The notes beneath the pieces were generated by a model. It was not told the origin of the DNA. It worked only from the letters and a program-made list of their open reading frames with translations, and did no database searches. From Eledone cirrhosa (lineage: Eukaryota), in contig OZ024740.1 of assembly GCA_964016885.1 (NCBI GenBank), positions 386,570,001-386,634,000 of the forward strand: a stretch of DNA of 64,000 nt, written 5' to 3'. Both the position numbers and the translations under genes were made by a program. Within the stretch, counting starts at the first letter, position 1. Each line of letters opens with the position of its first letter. This document shows, one piece after another, positions 47,968 through 63,568 of this stretch.

Positions 47968-48779
47968 TTAGCATATTTATCACACATCCTTCTGAGTGAT
48001 ATTCTTTATGCCGCACTTTTAGATTTTTAAGTATGCTTTTACGATTTTGTTTGCAACATGTTTTTACACAGATGTTTCTAACAGGGAACTGTCTGTCCAT
48101 GAAAGGAAAAGCAGGTGTAGTCCATAAGAGGGCAATCTAGCTATGAAAAAATCTTGTCTGTAGAGTTCATTCATTGTACTAAAGGAAGAATGTTTTTTAA
48201 GATAGAATTGTGAAAGTACAAGAGGTACAATCTTGCAGAGTGTGATCTGTAGTACAGTTTCTATTATCGTCTCAAAATATTTCTCTTTAATAAAATTGTC
48301 TGTGAAAGCATCCGAAAAATGCAAGGCGATCTTAACTTTTAATTTTCTCTCCATTTAAAACAAAGAAATACCTCATATCCTTGTCAATATTTTTACTCTT
48401 TAACTATAGAGATTTATATCAATAATAATAATTATTATTATACATGCTAGGGAGTGTCACCCCCATCCCTGTGTCAACCCCTCATCAGTACAGTTTTTGT
48501 ACACTTATATCTACATGAGACTTGCATCTCGGTCTTCAGAATTTAGCCCAAAACAATGTTGTTTGCATTTGATATCAGCAAAGGATGAGAATCTCTACAC
48601 TTCTCTCATATCTTGGATCGATTTTTTTTTTACATTCTCATGCAACAGACTTCTTTCTTTTCCTTTCGTGATCCTACTGAGCTTCATCACCCCACCACTC
48701 CGATCCCTCAGGAAACACTTTTCCAGACCTTCTTCCTAATAATTCTTAAACTTAGGAATTCCCTTCCAGCTTACATCTA

Positions 48780-48996
48780 CGAGGTGGTGATGAAACGTTT
48801 CTGGCTTGATCACTGCTACAGAGGCCTGGCTGGAGGCCCAACATTCCGAGTTCATTTTACAGGGCTTAGAAAAACCGAAGGATCGCTACAATAAGTGTCT
48901 GAATCAGAGAGGGGAATATGTTGAATACAATCATAATTAACTGATTCTCCTGTATTTTTTTTTTACACAAAGCCAGGAACTTTTCAGCACCCCTCG
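48780..48996 (+). mobile_element. Mariner-derived MITE
   Basis: TA TSD; TIR cgaggtggtgatgaaacgtttctggctt / aagccaggaacttttcagcacccctcg; RYNKCLNQRGEYVE transposase end. Confidence 0.8.
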
Positions 48997-49429
48997 TATG
49001 TATAGATGTCGAAACTAAACATCAAGTGCATCTCAAGAGTTAGGTTATGGACACTGCATTGACTAACCTAAAAGGAATTCATCTTAAGTTATTTATGTAT
49101 ATATAAAGAAGAAAACGGGAGGAATCGATAACAAAAGAGAAAAAGACAGATAGAAAGAAAGCGGGTGAGACAGAGAGGGGGAGGTGTTGAGTAAGGAAGA
49201 AAGAGAGTTGATTGGAATGAAACAGTCACTCTATATCCGCTATGATTCATTCTCCTCGATAAACATTTAGGTTATGTGCAGTCTCCAAACTATATTTAAT
49301 ATCGAACAAAGGGTTTGGTTACAACTGGGTAGAGGAAGTGACAGAATGGGAGAGTGAGTGAAGGAAAGATAAAGATAAAGAGGGGCAAATGTGAAAGAGA
49401 GACTTCTGCAGGACTTCTTCTTCCTGTGC

Positions 49430-49830
49430 CATCACTGTATCAGTGTTTGACGAAGCATGACGTTCCACACTGTTCGATCTCGGGCGAGATCCCATACGGC
49501 TTTGATGTTGATATTGTCAAAAAACGACCTCCCTTGACAACCTCTGGCACGCTTCCCAGGAATATTATTTCCGCGATTGGAAAGGTCTTCCAGCATGCCT
49601 TTCCTAATGGCATGTCCTAGGAACATTATTTGTCTCTTTTTAATAGTGAGCAGTATCTCACCTTCCATCCACACTCTCTTCAAAACCTCTTCATTATTTA
49701 TTCGGTCGACGTACGAGATCCTGACTATTCTGCGATAGAAATACATCTCGGTAGACTTGAGGTATCTCCGAGTCTGATTCGTGAAAGTCCACGATTTTCA
49801 GCCATGCAGAAGCGGTGACCAGCGTCTATA
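49430..49830 (-). pseudogene. RTE LINE 3' fragment
   Basis: EMYFYRRIVRISY..NEEVLKR..IKKRQ..FLGH.IR. Confidence 0.75.
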
Positions 49831-49981
49831 GTAAACGAACTTTGATTCCGATTGAGAGAGGTTGCGACCAACAAAGATGGACCGGAGTCTTCAAGATGTC
49901 ACTTAAGCGGCTCGAAAAATCTAAAACGAAACCAAAGTAACCTCCACACCCGACACCCGACACAACCCGAGAATTTACATA

Positions 49982-50043
<62 letters not shown>

Positions 50044-50071
50044 TTATGTACACACACACACACACACACAC

Positions 50072-50160
<89 letters not shown>

Positions 50161-50174
50161 TATATATATATGCA

Positions 50175-51160
50175 TATCGAAATCCCCGTGTCTAAATCGA
50201 TGCGAGACCTGGAGATAGACATGAGCGACGATGCATTTTTTTCTTCACACATCATGAGAGTGGCGACAATGTGCAGAAGACTCGCTGGCTGGATCTTGAG
50301 GATTTTCCGTACAAGAGACCGAGAGACCATGTTGATACTATGGAGGACATTTGCCCTAAACCTCCTGGACTACTGCTCCCAACTGTGGTCACTCCATAGT
50401 ATCAAACTAACCACGGAGCTTGAGGCAATCCAACGAAGCTACACCAAGAGAATTGCCACGATGAAGGACGTGAGCTACTGGGAGAGGCTAAAAGGACTGA
50501 AACTACTCCTTGGAACGAAGACGGGAGAGATACGTAGTGATATCTATCTATCTAGGGCGGGTAAAATTCCCGAGATCCATGGACGAGTTCTCTCCAGCGG
50601 TCTCTTCCCTCATCATCGCTGCCATGTCCTGCGTCTCCAACAGACCAGTGTCTGTCCTTAGGGCATCAACATACGTTAACCTTGGTCTTCCTCTTCCAGT
50701 GTGTCCATGTAGGGGCTCCCACAGGAGCACTGAGTGCAATGTCAACTCTGGATGTCGGTGAGCATGTCCAGCTAACCTCAGTCTCCTCTGTGTCACTTTT
50801 CAGCGGACTTTTGGGAGGCTCCCATACAGCTCTGAGTTTTTCATCCTCAGTGTATACTGATTAATGTTCAGAGCCATCCTCAGCATTCTCGTATAACACC
50901 CATCCACCATCTGAGGGAGTTTCTTGGTCAGTGTCCAAGTCTCAGACCCGTACGGCAGCACAGACTCCACTACAGCAATGAAGAGGCAGATTTTCAGGTC
51001 TTTACGAAGGTCCTACTTCCTCACCGATCTCAAGCTGTGGCACGCCGCCCATATACCGCAGTGATATACCTATGGGAAATCATGGAGGGACTAGCACCAA
51101 AATTTGGCATTGAGAGCTGGACCAACCCGTTGAACAGGGCGTCACTGCGTGGTCTTTCAC
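50175..51160 (+). mobile_element. CR1-like LINE 3' fragment interrupted by an RTE fragment (-, ~50549-51005)
   Basis: MRDL..LDYCSQLWS..LEAIQRSYTK..SYWERLK.L, resuming as WEIMEGLAPKFGI; insert reads QRRLRLAGH..GRGRPRLTYVD. Confidence 0.75.
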
Positions 51161-51249
51161 ATCTAGAATAAGGAGCAGATATTGCACTGGAGAAGGCCGA
51201 ATACAAACATAAGACCACATACAACAACTAGACTAGCAGCACGATGTTA

Positions 51250-52700
51250 CACAATCAACACAGGCCTTTAGCAATACCTATTGACAATAACGCCCCCCTT
51301 CCCCTAGAGTAACTGGACGACCACTAGCCGACAGGCCAGGCAATGACACATACCACTACCAAGGAGGTAAAGCCATACCCTCCCAACCTTCTAACGACTC
51401 GGCGTGCCGAGCACACAAATACGTTTTAATAGAGACCATGGATTAAATGGTACAAACAAAACCAGAGCACCCACAACAAACACGCCCACAAACACACCAA
51501 CCCACAACAACCGCACTGAACGTCGTAGGGCCCGGAGCAGAACAGTGACGTGGTACAACGTCCCGTACTCGATACACGTTGCTGCCAATGTGCAAGGAAC
51601 ATTCTTCATGACCCTTTATCAATACTTTCCACTCACACACAAATACCACAAGCTCTTTAACAGACACACAGTAACATTTTCATTCTCCACAACACCCAAT
51701 CTAGCCGACACCATAGCATACAATAATAGGGCCAAAATACGCAAACACAAGCAAGCACCCCAAGCAACCATTAGCACAGCCCAAAATAATACCACAAAGA
51801 TAATACACAACAACGCCCGACAACATGCTATCTCCAACCAAAACGGGACCAACCAGCAACATAACAATAATGCAATAGCCCCTAGGTACAACTGCAAAAA
51901 GCCGGAGGAATGTCCACTGAGCGGGGAGTGTCTCATCAGGAACATTGTATACCACATGTCACAGCTGGACGCAACGAATACACATATATGCAGCCTCAAC
52001 AACATTTAAAGAGCTACTGTACAACCACAGAAGCTCCTTCAACCACAGACATAAGCTTTCCCAAACCAGACTGGCAGATTTGATCTGGGACCTTAAGGAT
52101 AGGAACCTGAAATACCAGATCAAATGGTCCATAAGGAGACGTGTGGCCCAACTTTCCACAGGAAGAAGCCACTGCAGGTTGTGTCTGGCGGAATCGGCCG
52201 AGATCATTAAGTTAAAATCTGACATTAATTTGAGATCGGAAATCCTCATAAACTGTAGACACACCAGAAAACATACGTTCTACGCCTTAGAATTCGGGCA
52301 GGTGCCACAGGCAGACCAAAACGTAACCACCTCAACAATGACACAGCACCATAATAACTACCAATATTATTCATATCCCATCAATCTTAGCATCGTCCCC
52401 ATTACCATTGTTATTTTCAGTGCCACCCCTAAACATATCACCATGTCTTCACCACTCCCACCCACAGCAACACGTACCGCCCACTCGTGGGGCACACACA
52501 AACTACTAGCACCCCACACATTACCACAATTGTCTTCATCGCTTCCATTTCCATCACCAATCTCACCACCGTTATTTAACATTGCATGGTTTTTACAGCA
52601 CACTTTTAACCTTATATCCTAGAGAAAATTCTTTTACCACCATATATTCCCATATGATAGCTGTCTAGGCACAGTTAGCGCTTACACACCCACACATGTT
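51250..52700 (+). mobile_element. 5'-truncated PLE (linker and GIY-YIG, frameshifted) plus 3' UTR
   Basis: WYNVPYS, FSFSTTPNL, YNCKKPEECPLSGEC, FKELLYNH, CRLCLAE. Confidence 0.85.
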
Positions 52701-52802
52701 TGTGTGTGTGTATATATATATATAGGTAAGTTATTCCGGGTTGAATCGGAGGTAACCACAGTAAGTAAGGTACTCAATACAAAGCAGAGTATAAAAGTTT
52801 AA

Positions 52803-52847
<45 letters not shown>

Positions 52848-52875
52848 AGGGGTGTGCGCATATATACACACACAC

Positions 52876-52961
<86 letters not shown>

Positions 52962-53005
52962 GACGTAAAATAAGAAAATTATAAAAATTAACTTACTAAA
53001 ATTTC

Positions 53006-53088
53006 ACTCCAACTAATTAGTTTCTGAAAGGGAATAAACATAGTTTCCAAATGGAAAGCATGGAGAAGCCGTTTCGTCATCAGGAAGT
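53006..53088 (-). ncRNA. Hammerhead ribozyme with extended stem II (family J)
   Basis: acttc-CTGATGA-cgaaacgg...ccctttca-GAAA-ctaattag palindrome-TT-ggagt. Confidence 0.75.
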
Positions 53089-53535
53089 CTGTTCTCAGCT
53101 AAGTTACCAGGCGATGCGTGGACACAGGGAACTTATACAAAAATAATTCAGTGGATGGAAAAAAGCAAGCGTGGACTAAATTCCAAGACATTGAAAAAAT
53201 CACTGCCTACTTGGTCGGTGACAAATTCAAAAGAATCAATCACGTGACATCGAGGTTAATCAGTGAGGAGTGGGGCGTTAAAAAGACAGTAGCCGAGCCA
53301 TTACTATGAACTATAGTAGCAGTTTTGGCAAATTTTTGCTCAACAAAATAATTTGGAGATAATTATAAAGAATTAGTATATCTACCAACATATATATACA
53401 GATGCATACCTATGCTAGCAAATATATAGGTTTTGTCTTATTAACTTTGTGGTTCAATGCAAGGGGGTGCAGAACAATTATATGAAAGACGTAAAATAAG
53501 AAAATTATAAAAATTAACTTACTTACTAAAATTTC

Positions 53536-53618
53536 ACTCCAACTAATTAGTTTCTGAAAGGGAATAAACATGGTTTCAAAATGGAAAGCATGGAGAAGCC
53601 GTTTCGTCATCAAGAAGT
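53536..53618 (-). ncRNA. Family-J hammerhead, second tandem copy, core C3 changed to U
   Basis: Same as 53006-53088 but with TTGATGA; 530 nt offset. Confidence 0.6.
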
Positions 53619-53972
53619 CTGTTCTCAGCTAAGTTACCAGGCGATGCGCGGACACAGGGAACTTATACAAAAATATGGGTGTGTGTATATATGCGCACAC
53701 CCCTCCAAAATGCACAGCACAGTACCCTTTCAGCTCCAAACACGCATATCCCTACCACACCCACAACCACACCGACCACCATCGTCTCACACATACACGC
53801 CAAAATGTCTATGATAAACCAAAACACTACACCACCCTCAACTCACACCAACCATAGCTCACTAGCACCTCATCATTATATTCACTCTGCTTAGTTCTAC
53901 ACCTCGTTACAGACGGAAAACTATTCATCGAGTGCTCACTCGAGTGAACGTACAGTAACAGCACATTACACT

Positions 53973-54036
<64 letters not shown>

Positions 54037-54049
54037 TTTCAATCACATA

Positions 54050-54860
54050 AATTTTCAATCACATATATATTTATTTGTTTGACCCGAATTACTTGGTCGT
54101 TTCTTTGGCTGTACGGATGTTTGTTTAACCATCGTCTCAGTGTGTTTGGCCTTTAACGTATGTTGTAGCTCTGATTCATCTGAATCATCGAGCGCTTGCC
54201 ACACATCTCGGAAGTTGTTTTTCGTTAATTCCTAAGCCGAAATACGATTCTCGCTAATTTATATTTGTATTAATCTCCAGAGTCTAGCTATTGACCAGTT
54301 AATTTTCTTGATTTTTTTAGTTGATTCTATTGACTGATGAATAGCTTATGTTAACTTTAACCATTCTGTTGAGAGCTTTATTCGATTTGTGATGTTTTGC
54401 ATTCTTGCAATAATATATACAACTGAATTCATTCGCCTAAAATAAGGGTTGCCTCCCTTGCCGAACTCCACGTGGGGTCAGTAACAGTCATTCCTTGAAT
54501 TAGCAATTGAACTAAAACCTGTTGATAAAGTGGCTTCCTTGTTCAATCATCTTACCAGAAGTCTAACATTATTTATGTAAGCGGACAGTACTTGATTTAA
54601 GAGTCGCAGAAACCCAAATGCTGGATTTTACCAACCATCCAGGGGCCCGGGTAAATTTTCAATCATATATTTTTATTTGTTTGACCCGAATTACTTGGTC
54701 GTTTCTTTGGCTGTGCGGATGTTTGTTTAACCATCGTCTCAGTGTGTTTGGCCTTTAACGAATGTTGTAGCTCTGATTCATCTGAATCATCGAGCGCTTG
54801 CCACACATCTAGGAAGTTGGTTTTCGTTAATTCCTAAGCCGAAATACGTCGCTCGCTTAT
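54050..54860. repeat. Element with ~205 bp terminal direct repeats
   Basis: 54050-54258 is repeated at 54654-54860 (offset ~602); flanked by (TA)n. Confidence 0.8.
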
Positions 54861-54869
54861 TATATATAT

Positions 54870-56399
<1,530 letters not shown>

Positions 56400-56418
56400 C
56401 ACACACACACAGACACAC

Positions 56419-56449
<31 letters not shown>

Positions 56450-57346
56450 TATATATACACACATATATATATGCACATATATTTAACGAAAGGTATAAAT
56501 GAAAAGTTAGATGTGGTTATTTAGATATGTGATAATAACAAAGTATAATAATGAATAAGTGTAATAACGAGAATATAAAGAATATAAAGAATAAATGATT
56601 TGGTTATATATAGTTTATTTCACGTGAATCAATTAAAAGGTACAATAAACAAGTTACCATAAGTTGCATAGATTGACAATATTATTTTATTGTTGATGTG
56701 AGGCTGTTGTAGTCTGTTGTTGGCGTGAAAACAGCGAGCGATAGATAATTGTTGTTGTTGTTGTTGGAATTTGGAGACCGTGGTAGTAGTTGTTGACCGT
56801 GGTAGTAAAAGAGATGAGATATGGTTCGTATATCTCTGAATGGTCTGTAGTAACTGTGAACTACCGTGGCTTGTAGATGGTCGGTAGTAATAGAGGAATA
56901 CCGTGAACTGCATACAGCGGTGAATCTTTCACATTTGTGTTCTGTATAGCAGGGTTCCAATCGCTCTGGGTGTATCTGTAGACCTCATGGGGTCTGTTGA
57001 ATAGTGGTGAATCTTTGCATAGCTTGTTGTTGGTGAGGTGCTCCGATGTCTCTGTCTGTAGACCACTGGGGGTCTATTGATAGCAGTAAATCCTTACATA
57101 TTAGTTGTGTATCCTAGCGCTTCGATATCTCTGTGTCTGATAGCTTGATACAGGGTCTATATATAGCTGTCACTTCCTGTCCCCCAACCTGAGGGGACAG
57201 CCCACGCATGAACTTGTTAACACAATAAATGTGGTGACCTAAAATTTGATCTCTAGGTATCACCCAAAGTTCAAGGCGCGGACAGATTTCACTACATATA
57301 TACATATATATGTATATATAAGTATATATATATATGTGCACATATA

Positions 57347-57390
<44 letters not shown>

Positions 57391-57398
57391 TATATGTG

Positions 57399-57457
<59 letters not shown>

Positions 57458-57460
57458 GCA

Positions 57461-57559
<99 letters not shown>

Positions 57560-57634
57560 GTGTATATATATATGTGTATATATATATATATATAGAATTC
57601 ACAAGAATCAAACCTATGTTCAAAGCATTTATTC

Positions 57635-57681
57635 ACTTACAATTGTTTCATCCAAACCTAGGCTTGGGGTCTTCGGACCAT
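57635..57681 (-). ncRNA. Degenerate hammerhead candidate
   Basis: CCGAAGA-ccaagcc/ggtttgg-GAAA-caattg-TA; stem I pairs poorly. Confidence 0.35.
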
Positions 57682-58113
57682 TTTTCAATGTTTGTACACA
57701 TGATTGACCTCCTTTCCAACGCAAGAGACATACAGATACATATGTATATATTGATGTACAGTGGAGTGACATATATTATATTATTATTATAGTATAGCAA
57801 TTCAAATTCAAAGTCAAAATCAATATCAAAATTAAAACAAAATTAAAACAAAATTAAAATACATTCGGCAGTTAACATAGATAATGCAAGAATATAGTTT
57901 GTTAGTCAGATGTAGTAGTTATTGTATGCGTTAGTTACGTGTGTCTCATTTATATATGATTATTGTGTGGCAGGGTGTTACATGTAATACAAGCACTTTA
58001 CGTGGGTAAGTAAGAGTATTATGGAGGTTGTAGTGGTAAGGTATTTTTTGTATATAATAAAAATACAAAAAAATACCTTACCGCTTACACCGAGAGAGTT
58101 ATTTTTTAAGTTA

Positions 58114-58310
58114 CGAAGTTGGCTGAAAAGTTCATAGGCAAACCAAAATACTCTCATGGAATGATCAAATGAGATTTATTTTTCAACATAGTCCATTGAA
58201 AGAAACAATGCAGTTATTATTGAGAAGAGTTGAAATTAATGCATGCAAGATTGCACAACTCTAGCATTACTTCTTCATATTCAGCCTATGAACTGTTCAG
58301 CCTAACCTCG
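58114..58310. mobile_element. Mariner-type MITE
   Basis: TA TSD; TIR cgaagttggctgaaaagttcataggc / gcctatgaactgttcagcctaacctcg. Confidence 0.8.
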
Positions 58311-59123
58311 TATATAAAAGCAATATACGTACGAAGTCTGTAATTTGAGCTGAATTCATTGTCTCATGGTAATGTCAAAATAGTTTCCAAAAGATTTTCG
58401 CGTCCAGTGTTCCTTCATTTAATCCAATTATAGTTTTACTGGCATGCATAAATATGTCAGTTTCCTTTCTGGGGATGTCAGATTTTTAATAGAGAAAATG
58501 AGAGTGAGGTTAAGGAGTATAGGTGAGACAGGAGAGTAATATCCATCGATGGATTAGAATTACCCAGTGCATTAAAGTACCAGTAATGCACTGGGTAATT
58601 GCTGGCCTTGTGCCAAAAGTAGAAACAATTATTATTATTATTATATTATCGAAGGTGAAGCCACGCTTCTTATTTCTTTCAACATGGATAACACAAGAAA
58701 GAGAGAGAGCGCTGTCAGACAACACAGAGAGAGGGAGACTTTGTCAACATATCAACAAGACAGCGTTCTAGCAAAGAAAATATTACGAAGGAAAAGAGGA
58801 ACAATATCATTTTTAATGATATTGTTACAGATTTAAAATTACCAAACATTTCTAACACAAACAACACCAACAAAAACACCAACAACAACACCATCAATAA
58901 CAACAGCAACAACAAAAATAACAGCGGTTTAGTGAGTTGGTCCCAGGGTTACTTACTCCAGTAAGTACCACTGGATCCCAACTACTAAATTTAATAGAAA
59001 ATAGAAATAGGAGAATTTTCATACAATTTCATTTCGCGTGAGAATTATCTCTCACTACATTTGAAATAATAACTGAAGCATAATAAGTTTCTCAAGACGA
59101 GTATCAAAATAACTTGCATTTAT

Positions 59124-59381
59124 TGTAGTCCATATGTTACAAATGTGGTAAACAAATGACCTCGTGGCATGACAAGGTATAATCCTGAACCATAAGATGT
59201 GGTTGGAAAAAGGTTAGCTGTTTGCACTCGATGTGATCACTTCAAGGGTTGATCGGCCAAAGAGAGAGAGATGAATTTCAGTTCCATCTTTTATAATCCC
59301 TTGAACGGAAGTTAAAAGGAAGGTTCTAGAATTTCAACGGGAAGTAACTCTAGCTACTTACCTTGTCTAGAGAGTGCTACA
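59124..59381 (-). repeat. Putative 3' LTR of the Gypsy element
   Basis: TGTAG...CTACA termini, polypurine tract agaggggag just upstream, TATAAAA inside; partner LTR not seen in the window. Confidence 0.6.
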
Positions 59382-59728
59382 AGACTCCCCTCTGAGACGA
59401 GAAGTCGAATAACCAATCGAAGGTCATTGTAGCGAGAGCCCGTAAGAAATGAGGAGCAAAACAAAAGGTACAAGAAAATGAATGAATAAAAACATGAGCA
59501 AGCAAATAGCAAAGGAGCACAAAACAAGTAAATGCATTTTACAAAGAAAAATGTGAATGTAACAAACTGATAATTCAAAGTCAATATAAGGGAGCAGAGA
59601 AAATTAATGCTCAATGGTAAGTTCAAAGTTTTTCAAAGTCAAATAGTTCATACATCACCAGTGTACAGACTTTCTGACACTAGTTCTATCTGAAAACTGA
59701 AAAAGAAGTTTGTTAATACCACTAGGGG

Positions 59729-62700
59729 TTAGATGTATATTGTTTTTGAGAGTTTTCGTGGACATTTTACCGTGCTGCCACCTCGTGTGACATAAGGTTG
59801 TGTGGTATGTAGTGTTTGCGGTGGAGGTGAAGGTCTTGGTGTGGGAGTGTATGTACGAGGTATGTCAGGCAGTGTAATGAGACTTTCAGAGAAAGCCTTC
59901 TTTGCCTCTGTCAATGGATATTGTCTCTTTTCGACCATTGACAGCCACTGTGAAATGTTTGGGTGTGTGCGAAAGCACACGAAAAGGTCCATTGTAGGGT
60001 GACGTATGCGGTCCCTGGACGGAATCATTCCATATAAAAATATGTGTCCACGTAGAGATGTCCGATGGGACAGCAGAAGAAATAGACTGGTCACGAGGGT
60101 TCATTGGTGGAAGATCCGAGAAATACGAACGAATCCTGGTGACATATGATGCTGGGTCAAGATGCGATGAATCCACCGGTGCTAACATTTGTCCAGGAAG
60201 AGTCAATGTGGTACCATAAAGAAGTTCAGCAGAAGAAAAACCTAAATCTGTCTTAATGGCCGAACGACAACCAAGAAGCACGATTGGCAAAAATTCGGTC
60301 CAACGTTGCGGATCAAGAGTAGCGCGAAGTGCAGCTTTCAACTGTCTATGAAACCTCTCCATCATTCCATTTGAGGCTGGGTGATAGCTGGTCGTATGGA
60401 TGTGATGAGCACCCAGGAGTCGTGATATTTCACGAAATAAGGAAGCTTCAAATTGGCGTCCACGATCCGTAGTTATTTTAGTAGGAACACCAAAGCGAGC
60501 AATCCAATTGGAAATGAAGCTTGGGCAACGGATTCTGCTGTTATGTCCACTAGGGGTATGGCTTCAGGCCACCGAGAGAAACGATCGATACAAGTCAATA
60601 TATATGTGAACCCACGACTAACGGGCCGCGGACCAACAATATCCATATGAATATGACGGAAACGTGCGTCTGGCGGGCTGAATTTCCCAAGGGAGCGCGG
60701 ACATGCCGATAAATCTTAGAGCGCTGATACTTCAAACAAGAACGTGCCCAACCGGTGATTAAACGACGCATATTAGGCCAAAAAAATCGAGCCGTAATAA
60801 GCTTCACCGTGGCAGCTATGCCGGGATGCGACAAGGAATGAAGTGCATCAAAAACGGTACGCTGATGACAATCTGGAACAAGTGGTCTGGGTGAGCCAGT
60901 AGAAATATCGCAAAGAATTTTTCCTTCAGCAGATGGAAGAGGTAAATATTCTAATTTGCAGCAGGAAAGCTGGGTAGAAGAAATGTCCAACAAATCCAAA
61001 GTAGGTTGGTCAGTTGCTATGGCAACCAAATCGATGTGTGCAGGAGACGCAAGAGAACACACAGAAAGTCGAGATAGTGCGTCCGCGGATATGTTGGCAG
61101 TTCCAGCTATATGGCGAATGTCACTGGTATACTGGGAGATGAGATCCAGATGCCTATACGCTCTCGGAGAGTACCTGTCGGACTTGGTTTGAAGAGCGAA
61201 TGTGAGTGGTTTATGGTCTGTGAATACCGTGAACTTCCGACCTTCAAGAAGATGGTGGAAGTGTCTCACAGTAAGATAAATCGCTAAAAGCTCTCTGTCA
61301 AAAGTACTGTAACGTTGCTCTGCTGGTTTTAGTTGGCGTGAGAAGAACGCTAGTGGTTGAACCTGGTGATCGATCGCATGTTTCAAAACTGTTCCAACAG
61401 CATGATCGGATGAATCAACAGATAAAGAAAGTCTCGCATTTGCAACAGGATGGGGGAAGAAGGAAACTTCAGCTAGCTCAGACTTGACGGATTCAAAAGA
61501 TTGCAAAGCATCGGCAGAAAGTGAAATAGGAGCATCTTTCTTTTTTGCAGCCTTTAAAAACTATGTCAAGGGGAACAACTTGTCCGCACAGTTAGGAATG
61601 AAACGACGATAAAAGTTAATTAATCCCAAGAAATGACGTAATTGTTTCAAGGATGTGGGTGGTGCGATATGCTGAATCGCTTCTACCTTAGATGGCAAAG
61701 GTCGAATGCCTTCTGAATCTATAAGATATCAAAGGAATTCCAGTGAAGCTGTACCAAACACACATTTAGCTGGGTTGATTCTGACTTGGTACGATCGAAG
61801 ACGTTGAAATAACTGGGATAGATGTTGATGATGGTGCTCAGCTGAGTCACTGGATATCAGATCATCCACATAACAAACACGAAATCCAATCCACGCGTGA
61901 CTTCATCGATAAAACGTTGGAACGTGCTAGAGGCATTCCGCAAACCAAAAGGCATGGACAGAAATTCAAACGAACCAAAAGGGGTGGTCACAGCTGTTTT
62001 TGTTATGTCTTCTGGATGCATGGGTATTTGATGGTAAGCCCGTTCCAGATCTATTTTAGAAAATATCTTGCGTCCATGCAGAACTGATGAAACATGCTGT
62101 AAATTTGGTAAAGGATAACGATCAGGTGTAGTGATGGCATTAAGTCGTCTATAATCTCCCACAGGTCGAAAATCCGCTTCACCCTTACGAGCCAAATGAA
62201 GCGGAGATGCCTATGGGCTGGTTGACGGTCGTATAAGATCAAGCTGAAGCATGTGTTCGAACTCATCCTTGGCTTTCTTTAGCCTGTCCGGAGCCAACCT
62301 ATGTGGCCGAGAAAAAACAGGCGGAGCAGTTGTAATAAAATGTCGAGACGAGTGGACTACTTGATTCGGTTTAAATGAAATGTCAGTTAACTCGGGAAAC
62401 GAGGCAAGAAGTGAATGAAACTGGTTTCCAGAGGCAGCTATAAAACACGCGGGACTTATGACAGTAGCAGTAGACCTACGAGCAGGCGTAGATAAGGATG
62501 TGGTACCATCCACAAGTTTCTGTCTCCTGACATCTACCAACAATGAATAGAGGTATAAAAAATCAGCACCGAGAATAGGATGAGGTAGGTCCGCAACGAC
62601 GAAAATTCATTTGAAATCTCGACGCAAAACTAGGTCGAATGATAAAGATATTTGTCCATACGTTTTTATAGGAGACTGGTTTACTGCATACAAGGAAATT

Positions 62701-62903
62701 CCGGAAAAATTTGGCTTGGTACAGCTGAAACGAAGGGGCCAAATACTGCAACTAGATCCTGTGTCGACCATAAATGATTTGTTTGAAACTCGGTCTTTGA
62801 TAAAGAAAGCACGATAAGGAGAATTAATGAGGGAGAGGTCTGCCGTGCCCAGACTCTCCAATTTTAGTTTTCCGAGGTCTCGAAAGAGCAGGGCTGAATA
62901 CAA
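59729..62903 (-). pseudogene. Gypsy pol (PR-RT-RH-INT)
   Basis: VDTGS; DYRRLN..DRYPLP..TPFG.FEF..MPFGLRNA; ELLAIY..TDHKPL..ADALSR; HSLSHPG; ERFHRQLK; YNGPF. Confidence 0.93.
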
Positions 62904-63568
62904 TGTTTCGCCTTTTCACGAAAACGCACGTGATACCAACACAAAGACGAATTGCTGGCGGGGAGGTTGGCGCGACGATGAAGAGAAGGAGACCGATTCG
63001 GTGAACGCCACCTGGATGGCGCTCGCTCCCGACACAGTTTAACCACTTGATGAGTTAACGCGTCAATGGCTCTCAACATTGAGTCCTCACGAAGTGAAGC
63101 AGGCTGTGTTTTAAAAGCAGAAGAAACGACGAGTGAATCTGCCAGAGAACTGGTGTCGACCATATTTGCCAGTATGGTTTGCACATTTGTTGGCAAACGG
63201 GAGAAGAATAATTGTTTCACGAAAGAGTTGTCCTCTGCTGTTGAGTCGCTCAGTTCCCGGATGCGCCGTAAAAACTGAGACGGGGTTCTGTCTCCCAGGT
63301 TTCCCTCCTCCAACAAGGAACGAAATCTGCTCTCAGACGAACGGCTGTTCCGTCTGAGCACTTCTGCCTTTATGGTTTCGTAAGATATGCCTTGTGGAGG
63401 ATCTGTGATTATGTCTTTCACTGAGGTTGCGGGCAACGCAGGAATTCCACTTAGCACGTGTAATCTTTGTTGTGCCGCTTAAACGCCGTGGGCGGCAAAA
63501 TACGAGTCCTGTTGTGCAAACCACAACATTGCATCACCAGAATATGTCGGTAACGAAGAATTGCTCAT
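62864..63568 (-). pseudogene. Gypsy gag
   Basis: LPTY..LWFAQ start, LGDRTPSQFLRRI, FFSRLPTNVQ, CWYH..F..KA..C..PC. Confidence 0.85.

Noticed and set aside
48064-48354. 96-aa ORF in unique AT-rich sequence
   Set aside because: No motif or splice support visible.
48445-48492. CTGATGA followed by a partial stem on the minus strand
   Set aside because: No GAAA element.
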